Virus record (IMG/VR): IMGVR_UViG_3300021958_000026
Strand: one strand, 5' to 3'
DNA from: an uncultured virus (IMG/VR IMGVR_UViG_3300021958_000026)
Lineage: Duplodnaviria; Heunggongvirae; Uroviricota; Caudoviricetes
DNA length: 64,000 nt
Notes under the pieces: generated by a model
Told to the model about the DNA's origin: nothing
The model's input: the letters and a program-made list of their open reading frames with translations, nothing else
The model's database searches: none
Shown: positions 55,889 through 64,000 of the stretch, in pieces
How the letters are laid out: every line of letters begins with the position of its first letter
How positions within the stretch are numbered: position 1 is the stretch's first letter
Position numbers and translations under genes: made by a program

Positions 55889-58800
55889 TATGCAACTGCA
55901 ATACATCTCAATGCAGATACCAATGGTACTGTTGATGTATTGTATCCTCTTCCTACAATCTTAATGATGAACCCACTAAATTCAGGTAGGTCATCTACAC
56001 TGAATTCATACTCTTTAAAGTTTCTTGCATCTGCATCAATTACTGTATCAGGTGAACCATCACTGTTGAAGAATTCAAAACCGATATCATCGATTGCAGA
56101 TTCTTCATCGTTTTTGATAATCTTATACATGACCTTAACGTCTGTCGTTGCAGGTCTAAAGATATCTGCAGTCACCCTTAATCCTGATGCAGGTGCTTTC
56201 AAGTTAACTTTCTTAGTGATGTAACACATTGCATTATCTTCACCTTCTGAATCGGTTGAGATTGAAATGGTTTCTGCATCACTTGAATTTAATCCGTTTA
56301 ATCTGTTTGCAATTGCAATTGCACCCAATGAACTTAAGTCTACAACTGGTGAAAGGTTTGAATTACCTGACACTAATTGTAAAGCACATCTAAATGACCT
56401 GTTCGAAGACATCTCATTCTGTTCATTGATTCTTGATGCAACGACACTTGGATATGAGAAGAACACGTTATCGTTCAATGCGATAATCTCTCCAGCAGTT
56501 CTTCTATTATATACTGTACCGTTGATATAACCTTCAGGTGAATTCATAGGAGTACCAACTTTATGTACACTAATGAAACAATCTTCAGGTGTTACATTTG
56601 GAATAACAGTATGCAGTGTATCGTAGTAATAGTTACGTGTTGAGTATACCTCATCACCACCACCAACTGTCGAATCACTTGCAGAGTAATCTGACACAAA
56701 GTCATATCCTGAGATATCAGGAGTTACTCTAAATGTATCCATTGTAAATGTTGAACCAATCGAAGTGAATGTTTGATTGATTGCATCAATTGGAATACCA
56801 CCAAGTGAATCACCAACTGTATCGATAGTTACGGTAAAACTAAAGGTTGAACCAATAGTACAAGTGATAATATCACCTGCAACATGTCCACTACCTGCTT
56901 GTAGTATTCTTGTTCTTGTAATGTCTGCAGTTCCTGAAAGTGTTTCCACTTTAATTTCAAATGCAATACCGTTTTCAGTTACATCACCACTACCATTAGT
57001 TGTAATCGTTACTGCATCTGAACCAACGGTTCCACCATGAACAATGTCATAGGTTCCATCTGAAGGTAGTGTACCACTATCTACTGCATTTTGTACCTCT
57101 AATACTGAACCAGTTCTATCACCAGTCACACCTGAAATGGTTACATTTGATGATGTATTGTACATACCGTGAGTATAGTTATATACTTTAACATATGTCT
57201 GACCTGAAACAGTTTCTATTGGGTTGTTCTGCAGTTTTGCATTCGGTAAATCTAAGTTTTCAAATTCAAGATATCCTGACACTGAAGTGTCAAACTTACA
57301 TGCTCTCAAGTGGAACTTGAGGTCATCTTCTTGTGCAGCAGTCCAAGTCGAGTTGTTCTGTGACATGAATAATGAACCTGCATAAGGTTGTCCTGAAATT
57401 GTTTGTCCAGTTGCAAGGTCTGTTTCACCCATTCTTGAATGGAACACTTCGTATTCGTTAGAGTTTGAATATACCACAAACACATACTCTTGGTTTGTCT
57501 CTAAAAATACTGGTGATTCGAAAGTAAAAGTGGTTGCAGTTGAACCATCTTGTGAAAGGTTAATTTCACTTGGATTCTTAGTTACTGTTGAGAATGGAAC
57601 CACGTTAGGGCCTGGATAACCATTCACCATTGTTCTTACTTGTACTGACACTGGTAAGTTTGCATCTCTTGTCTTAAAGAACAAGTCTATGGATGATAAC
57701 ATTACTCCACCTTTTGCATCAACCAAGAATGATTGTGCAAGTGGGTCTGACCATTCAAAAAATAAATCATTACCAATATCAAAGATTGGGAAATCAAAGT
57801 CAAACTCAAACGGCGGGCCAGGTGGCGGTGGAGGTGGTGGGTCTGATATAATGACTGGTGGTACCACAGGTGGTTCAGGTGGTAACACAGGTGGGTCAAT
57901 AATAATAGGCGGTTCAGGTGGTTCATTAGGTTCACTAGGTGGTTGTGGTATTGCAGGTGCAGTAGTGTCAATATTTGTTGCATTGACAACCTCACCTCTA
58001 GTTGAGAAGTTTCTTTCTCCTGAAAGTCTTTCTGTTACCACTCTACCATTTCTAGTAGATACAATCTCAGTTTGGTTGGATTGTAATAAACCTTGTGCTT
58101 GATAGATACCTGTTCCTGCAGATGAAGGACTTCTCTCATTATACTTAGATGAGGTAAGTTTTAATTCTCTCTGACCTGTAGGGAATCTTTGTGTATTTGA
58201 ATTAGGTAATTCAAAGTATGCACGAAGTCTACCGTTACCATCTGTCTTAACACCTTTTCCAAGTGTTGTAGAAGAACCATCTTGTGCATATGCACTACTG
58301 AATGGTCTTACATATGACCCCACTGGTACGTCATCAAAATAGACGTAATGCCATGTGTCAGGTTTTAAATTTGTTGCATCAATCTCAATAGTCTTTGCAC
58401 GAATGAAAGGTATGATTGAAACTGATACGAGTCTGTCGTTTCTTGATTCTACAAAGTCTTCAACAACTGATGTAGTAACACCTGTTCTTGTTTGAATCTC
58501 AGGTGTTTCTGTAATCTCTCTTGATACTTGTAAGCCTGGAACCCATTCTCCACCTTGAGTTGGGTCTCCACTCCATGAACCGTTAGATGATGCAGTAACT
58601 TCTGTTGAAATAGTTTGAGGTTGACCAACCCATGTGGTCTGCCATGCATTCCAAACTGTACCTAATGAGTTTGTATTCTCAGCAAGAACTGCATCGAAAT
58701 TACCTTCTCTGTTTACTCTAACTTCAGGTAATCTTTCTGAATCGTTCCACACGTCTGTTTCAGGTGTGAGTTTAACATCACCAATAAATGCAAAGACGTG

Positions 58801-61800
58801 ATATGGGTTAACATTGATTGCACGTGATGCCTTGTCTTGATTTACAAATGTAACCTCAGAATAAGGAAGTGTCAATAAGTCACCAGTCTTCTTATAGTTC
58901 TGAGATGTTGCACTCTTAAATCCAATATCAAAGAATTGTGAATATGATTGTGGTCTTAATACACCAAGTTGTGAATCAACGGAGTTCTTGTAATCAGGAT
59001 GGTTTACATCACCGACTCTGTGACCTCTAAAGTTGTCTACTAGGAAACCTGATTTGAATCTATCAAATCCATCTCCATCTAAAATTTGTTTTGTTTGAGT
59101 GTCTTTCTCAAGTAATGAAAGAGATGTTACTCTTTCTAAGTTAGTCACTCTCTGATTGATTTTACCAATATCTTTCATGGTAAATCTTCTATGGTCTTGT
59201 GACCTAACTCTAATGTTCTTTAAGTTTTTGGTAAACGGAGGAATTGTTAATTCAAACAATTCGATAGCACCATCAACACTCTTTGGTTTGGTTGGAGATA
59301 ATGCAGGTTCACCTGAAGAGACTTGGAACTTACCTGACTTGTGTAGGAAGAGTTTATCAACTCTTCCAACATAGAATTCAATGTCACCTTGGACACTTGA
59401 ACCTGTTACAGGAGTGCCAGGCAAACTAGGATTAGTATCATAGTTATAACCTGTGTTAGTTGTCTCTTTGTCTCTTGAAGATTTATAACTTCTACCTTTC
59501 TCATATGAGAATGGTGCATATTCAATTGCAGTACTGATATCAGATACTGAAGATAAATCAGGGTTTGCAGATAAATCTATATCATACAACTGACCAACAA
59601 CTGGTCTGAAGTCTAAGGCATCTGATAATTCATAAGTACCGTCAGGTTCTAAACCACCCAAGTCTACTTTGTTTGCAGAGTAGACAGGAATGTCTTTATA
59701 TGGTACACTATATGATGTGACATCAAAGAAGTCACCATCACCATGTGAGAATTGGTCAAAAACAATAAGAATCTGATTATTAGGTGCAGGTTCTGCTGGT
59801 TTTCTGACTAATTTACATATATCATAGTAACCATCTCTCTGACCATCATCAAAGAAATATCTTGATGTGATATTTGGTGAACCTTGTGATACGTCTGTAA
59901 GTGTTGCTTGTGCAAGTGAATCTTGACCAACAACAAACTCATTCTCTTGGAATCTACCTGATATCATATACCAGTACGATGTTCCACCTGAGTTATAGTC
60001 AATCAATACAGCACGTGCATTTGATGTTTGTCCAACAAGGACTTCATGAAGTTGGAATGTACCTACTTCACTTGAAAGTGATGCATTAGGTGTAACTGGA
60101 GTTCCTCCAACACCTTCATAGATTCCTCTAATTTTAAATACGTCTGCAATACCAAGAGAAATCTCTTTATCTCTAAATGATGAACCATACACTCCTGTGT
60201 ATGAACCGTTTCTATCACCTGAGACTCGTAATGCACGTCCTTTGTTTAAATCTTTTGTTCTTGGATTTGGGTCTGCAATTAATACTGAGTATGTAACTCT
60301 TAAAACGACATCTTCGTTTGCAGCACCAAAACCTGTAAGTGTAATACTCTGACCATCACCATTTTGTGTAGGTGAAGTGTCTTCATAATCTTCTATGTTT
60401 AGTGTATCACCTGCAGAGAATGTTGGAGAAGCTGCAGAACTGACATCGATAACTGCAATTGAGAAGTTATCAGTGTTTTGGTCTTCAAATGTACCCTCTG
60501 TTTGTGCAATAGTAATATTACCTGATGCACCAATGGTTTGTACTGTTTGTCTTTTAACTTTTACTAAATCTGCAGTGTGGTCTTTAACCCAGTCTCTAGG
60601 CCATGAGAAGATGTTTACTGTTTGGTCTTGGTCAATAAGTTTTACACGTCTTCTTTCAACATTACCTTGATATGCATTAGTTGAAGGACTTGTAAGTGTT
60701 AAACTGATATCGTTTGTAATTGATGCAACAATAAGTTCTTGGCCACCAAGTGGGTTAACAATAATGTCACCCTCTTTAAGTTCTGATGCAAATAAAGTAC
60801 CTACACCACTAACTGCAGTGCTTGATGCAGTGAATACTAGTGTACCTGTTAGAATTTTAACTGCATCTGTATTGATATCTGCAGTAAAGGTTTCCCTTGA
60901 ACCATTTGTTGGTGCCTGTGTAATAGACCTTGTACGGTCAATGTTATAGTTTCTTGGTGTACCATCAATACTACATGCAAAGTTACCTGCACCCTCAGAA
61001 GAAAGTGAGTCATTTGATGAGAAGTTTCCTACTACATCATGAACATAAAGTGCATCTGAATTATTATCATACGCAACAATACCAGTAGCACCTGTTGCAC
61101 TACCTGTTATCTTATCACCTGCTTGTGCAGTACCTGTATGAGATGTATACGGTAATTTGGAGAACATCTTAATGTCAAACATTGACAAATCATATTCTGA
61201 ATTACTTGCATAGACACCACTTGTGTCTGAACCGTCATGCAATTCAATATCTCGTACTCTTGCATAACCGATAAAATCTTCAGAGTTTTCTGTTCCGTCT
61301 ACTGCAACAACACTAGGCCATAACTTACAGAATTTGTAAGGAGTGATACCTGTACTGTTAACACCTTGAATTACTTCAGGTAATCCGTGTGCATTTGAAA
61401 CTCTTAATTTATTACCTAAACGAATAGGTGATTTTGCATTTGATAACGACTTAGTTGAACGTGCCTTTGAGAAAGGAATTGTTGTAGTACCAGTTTTGTC
61501 AATTTCAAAACCTCTAACATATGCCTTACCAGGCGATACTTGCATTACAAACTTATCTTCTTTACCACCTGAACCTACAGGATAGAAACCTCTGTTGGTT
61601 GTGTCGTCTAAGTGTTCTCTTAATGATTGTGTAAATTGTCTAACTACAAAGTCACCATTTGCATCGTATGTTCTACGTGCAAGTGTCTTTTCAATGGTGT
61701 TGTAGATAGGATTGGAAATCTGTAACTCAATGATACCTTGATTAACTCTAATCAATTCAATAAAGTTTGCATCAGTTTGAGTGTCAATAGTGAACTTTGC

Positions 61801-62586
61801 AAGTGTTAGATTAACTTGGAATCTATCTGCACCTGCAGCGTTCTCGTTTGAAGACCCTTGTGCATTATCTTGTAATGATGAGTCTTCTGAATTAGAAATG
61901 AGTTTCTCTTCTATTTTTAGACCAATTCTATATGATGGTCTTGAACTATACTTTTCTAATAGTAAATGTTGTTTTGGAACCTTTACAAAGAAACCTCTTG
62001 TAAAGATAACACCTTCATCAATCTCTGCTCTTGAACCAACTCCGATTGAGTTGTTTGTTGATGGAAGGACTTTAAATTCGTTGTTGTTTGCAGATACAGC
62101 AGAGTATGCACCACCTGAATCTACAGTTACTTCCTGTAGTTCCTCACCTGCAGTGAATGTGTATTCGTTGTTTGTACCTGAAGTTAGATACTTAAAGAAG
62201 ATAGTTAATTCGTCATCGGATGTTTTTGCAGAAGAATCTATAACCTTTGCAACAACACCTGAAGTTTTACCACGAATTAGTTTACCATGGAATGATTCTC
62301 TATATGTTTCGACAACGTCATCACCATTAGTATTTGGATTCTCAGTATCTACTTTTGCATAGTAAAGTTCTAAGTCAATACCTGACTGAACACCTGCAAC
62401 AATAGAACCTTCTTTAAAGAAATGTCCACCAAGTCTTTCAACTTGGTTCTGAAGAATTGATTGTGACTGAGTTAACTCTCTTGCTTGTAGAGGTCTTCCT
62501 GCTCTGAAGAGAACCTTATGAAAGTTTTTATCTTCAGAGTAGTCATCGTAGTATGGTGATATATTTAAATCAGTTTTTTCTGGCAT
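55888..62586 (-). CDS. Large virion structural protein (DUF4815/VrlC-like)
   Basis: NISPYYDDY..VLFRAG..QARELTQ, GKAYVRG, RFKSGFLVDNF, DPLAQSF. Confidence 0.85.
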   Translation of the reverse strand: MPEKTDLNISPYYDDYSEDKNFHKVLFRAGRPLQARELTQSQSILQNQVERLGGHFFKEGSIVAGVQSGIDLELYYAKVDTENPNTNGDDVVETYRESFHGKLIRGKTSGVVAKVIDSSAKTSDDELTIFFKYLTSGTNNEYTFTAGEELQEVTVDSGGAYSAVSANNNEFKVLPSTNNSIGVGSRAEIDEGVIFTRGFFVKVPKQHLLLEKYSSRPSYRIGLKIEEKLISNSEDSSLQDNAQGSSNENAAGADRFQVNLTLAKFTIDTQTDANFIELIRVNQGIIELQISNPIYNTIEKTLARRTYDANGDFVVRQFTQSLREHLDDTTNRGFYPVGSGGKEDKFVMQVSPGKAYVRGFEIDKTGTTTIPFSKARSTKSLSNAKSPIRLGNKLRVSNAHGLPEVIQGVNSTGITPYKFCKLWPSVVAVDGTENSEDFIGYARVRDIELHDGSDTSGVYASNSEYDLSMFDIKMFSKLPYTSHTGTAQAGDKITGSATGATGIVAYDNNSDALYVHDVVGNFSSNDSLSSEGAGNFACSIDGTPRNYNIDRTRSITQAPTNGSRETFTADINTDAVKILTGTLVFTASSTAVSGVGTLFASELKEGDIIVNPLGGQELIVASITNDISLTLTSPSTNAYQGNVERRRVKLIDQDQTVNIFSWPRDWVKDHTADLVKVKRQTVQTIGASGNITIAQTEGTFEDQNTDNFSIAVIDVSSAASPTFSAGDTLNIEDYEDTSPTQNGDGQSITLTGFGAANEDVVLRVTYSVLIADPNPRTKDLNKGRALRVSGDRNGSYTGVYGSSFRDKEISLGIADVFKIRGIYEGVGGTPVTPNASLSSEVGTFQLHEVLVGQTSNARAVLIDYNSGGTSYWYMISGRFQENEFVVGQDSLAQATLTDVSQGSPNITSRYFFDDGQRDGYYDICKLVRKPAEPAPNNQILIVFDQFSHGDGDFFDVTSYSVPYKDIPVYSANKVDLGGLEPDGTYELSDALDFRPVVGQLYDIDLSANPDLSSVSDISTAIEYAPFSYEKGRSYKSSRDKETTNTGYNYDTNPSLPGTPVTGSSVQGDIEFYVGRVDKLFLHKSGKFQVSSGEPALSPTKPKSVDGAIELFELTIPPFTKNLKNIRVRSQDHRRFTMKDIGKINQRVTNLERVTSLSLLEKDTQTKQILDGDGFDRFKSGFLVDNFRGHRVGDVNHPDYKNSVDSQLGVLRPQSYSQFFDIGFKSATSQNYKKTGDLLTLPYSEVTFVNQDKASRAINVNPYHVFAFIGDVKLTPETDVWNDSERLPEVRVNREGNFDAVLAENTNSLGTVWNAWQTTWVGQPQTISTEVTASSNGSWSGDPTQGGEWVPGLQVSREITETPEIQTRTGVTTSVVEDFVESRNDRLVSVSIIPFIRAKTIEIDATNLKPDTWHYVYFDDVPVGSYVRPFSSAYAQDGSSTTLGKGVKTDGNGRLRAYFELPNSNTQRFPTGQRELKLTSSKYNERSPSSAGTGIYQAQGLLQSNQTEIVSTRNGRVVTERLSGERNFSTRGEVVNATNIDTTAPAIPQPPSEPNEPPEPPIIIDPPVLPPEPPVVPPVIISDPPPPPPPGPPFEFDFDFPIFDIGNDLFFEWSDPLAQSFLVDAKGGVMLSSIDLFFKTRDANLPVSVQVRTMVNGYPGPNVVPFSTVTKNPSEINLSQDGSTATTFTFESPVFLETNQEYVFVVYSNSNEYEVFHSRMGETDLATGQTISGQPYAGSLFMSQNNSTWTAAQEDDLKFHLRACKFDTSVSGYLEFENLDLPNAKLQNNPIETVSGQTYVKVYNYTHGMYNTSSNVTISGVTGDRTGSVLEVQNAVDSGTLPSDGTYDIVHGGTVGSDAVTITTNGSGDVTENGIAFEIKVETLSGTADITRTRILQAGSGHVAGDIITCTIGSTFSFTVTIDTVGDSLGGIPIDAINQTFTSIGSTFTMDTFRVTPDISGYDFVSDYSASDSTVGGGDEVYSTRNYYYDTLHTVIPNVTPEDCFISVHKVGTPMNSPEGYINGTVYNRRTAGEIIALNDNVFFSYPSVVASRINEQNEMSSNRSFRCALQLVSGNSNLSPVVDLSSLGAIAIANRLNGLNSSDAETISISTDSEGEDNAMCYITKKVNLKAPASGLRVTADIFRPATTDVKVMYKIIKNDEESAIDDIGFEFFNSDGSPDTVIDADARNFKEYEFSVDDLPEFSGFIIKIVGRGYNTSTVPLVSALRCIAVA

Positions 62587-62635
62587 GTCCTATCTCTTTA
62601 TTATATTTATTCGTCCCCATAAAGAGGACGAATGA

Positions 62636-64000
62636 TTACATTTCAACAATCAGTTTGATATCTTCAATCTGATCAGCGGCACGTGTTACTGCACCTCTGT
62701 TTTCAATGTACATAATCTTCCCTGTAAATCTTTCTACTTCAGGGTGAGTTGTACTCACGGCACTTCCACCAGTTGTTGCAACCTGTACACCGTCAACATA
62801 GATAGTGTCACTATTTGCGAAGTCAACATATTGACCGCCTGAGTTTGCAACTGGAATGTGTGATACAACGTTAGTTGATGCATCAACTGATACTACTCTT
62901 GATACTGCAGCACTTGAACCGTTTGAGTTTGCATTCATGATTATATCATCAACACTAATGTTACCCACTGACGATACAGTGATTTCGTTGTATGCAGTAA
63001 GTGAATCACTTGTTGATACAGTTGTTGTACCTTTAGCAAATGGGTCTTGAATTAAACCAATTCGTCTAAAATCGTTATCTGTTGGGAAGTCACCTGAACC
63101 TTCGTTGAACTCAAGTCTTGAGTTAACGATAATATAGTTACCACCAAGTTCTTCAACTGGATTAGCACCATGTCCATATATGGGTGAAATAATTACTTTT
63201 GCAGTTGCGTTTGCACCTGAACCAATACCTGTGATTCCATTGATATCAATTGATGCACGTTTGTAACCTGAACCTGCAGTTGTTACAGTGATATGAGTTA
63301 CAACATTACCTGAAACGTGAACTGTACATTCACCGTTTTGACCGTCTCCTAGGATTGCAACACCAGTGTAGTCGTTATCGTTATAACCTGACCCACCGTT
63401 TGTTACTTCAATGTGATGGACAGCACCATCAACTGCTTGGTTCTCAACATCCCATAGAGATGAACCGTCATCGGTGGCAGCAGTACCGATTCCTGTTTCA
63501 CCATCTACTTCAGTTTGAGCACCTAATGTCTTAACTGGAATAAAATCGTTTGTTACGAATTTGATTGTATCGGATGCACCGATTGTGTACATATACTTCC
63601 ATAGGTAACCTCTACCACCAGCTGCATTTGTATCAGATGTTTCAACTAATGCAGTAGGACTTGTACCTGTTGGTTTGACTGTTGATGCAATTACAGCACC
63701 ACTTGAATCTCTACCAGTTCTAATACACTTGTAGACGTGATACTCATCAGTAATTACATAAAATCTTGAGTCATATAAGTTAGTTGCACCTGATGCTACT
63801 GCAGTATTTGAAGTTGAGATGTCATGTTGATACTCATCATATGATGTTGCACCTGTTGAATCATAGTTTCTTCTTACCAAACCATGTGTCACGTCAGAAG
63901 GTGCAACCTTCTTAAGTGCAATCATGTCTGCAAATGCATCTATCTCTTCACCAACTGCATTAGCAGGTGAAGGGGGTGAATTTTCATCAGTCCAATCGAA
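62636..64000 (-). CDS. gp8: Baseplate wedge gp8-like protein, 5' end outside window
   Basis: FYVITDEYHVYKC, GYLWKYMYTI, GHGANPVEELGG, YIENR..R..QIEDIKLIVE. Frame is open to the window edge. Confidence 0.88.
   Translation of the reverse strand, partial: FDWTDENSPPSPANAVGEEIDAFADMIALKKVAPSDVTHGLVRRNYDSTGATSYDEYQHDISTSNTAVASGATNLYDSRFYVITDEYHVYKCIRTGRDSSGAVIASTVKPTGTSPTALVETSDTNAAGGRGYLWKYMYTIGASDTIKFVTNDFIPVKTLGAQTEVDGETGIGTAATDDGSSLWDVENQAVDGAVHHIEVTNGGSGYNDNDYTGVAILGDGQNGECTVHVSGNVVTHITVTTAGSGYKRASIDINGITGIGSGANATAKVIISPIYGHGANPVEELGGNYIIVNSRLEFNEGSGDFPTDNDFRRIGLIQDPFAKGTTTVSTSDSLTAYNEITVSSVGNISVDDIIMNANSNGSSAAVSRVVSVDASTNVVSHIPVANSGGQYVDFANSDTIYVDGVQVATTGGSAVSTTHPEVERFTGKIMYIENRGAVTRAADQIEDIKLIVEM

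Noticed and set aside
219..63050. Numerous short plus-strand ORFs in the track
   Set aside because: They are antisense shadows of well-supported minus-strand genes, S/L-rich, with no recognisable motifs.
1..64000. tRNA, tmRNA or rRNA genes
   Set aside because: No cloverleaf or T-loop signature recognised in the few intergenic gaps; tRNAscan-SE or Aragorn would be needed to exclude them fully.

Overview
This is a 64 kb segment of an AT-rich T4-like myovirus of the marine pelagimyophage/cyanomyophage type. Almost all real genes lie on the minus strand. From right to left it contains: baseplate gp8 (partial) and a 2232-aa virion protein; a tail-fibre locus (43.6-55.9 kb) with an inserted amidinotransferase; a glycosyltransferase/2OG-Fe(II) oxygenase cassette; the neck, terminase, tail and head core (gp13-gp23, gp3); uvsY, uvsW, gp55, gp47, gp46; a VWA/AAA pair; gp45, gp44, gp62, regA; and a curli-type (csgF, csgG, two curlin-like genes, FecR) cluster plus iscU. 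Host-like genes include iscA, iscU, def and a PRMT-like methyltransferase. A tandem glnA-type glutamine riboswitch on the plus strand precedes a 49-aa ORF. The most striking observation comes from parsing the translations by hand. Two adjacent gene pairs (44467-45438 with 43621-44448, and 53352-54566 with 52534-53349) encode Pro-punctuated 6/8/10-residue repeat arrays that are 'reverse complements' of each other at the protein level. Reading one partner N to C and the other C to N, unit lengths match 30/30 and 22/22, and FTY-class units face ANA/YIA-class units. This suggests antiparallel heterodimeric fibres built on a base-pairing-like peptide code. All annotations come from motif recognition and synteny; no database searches were run.
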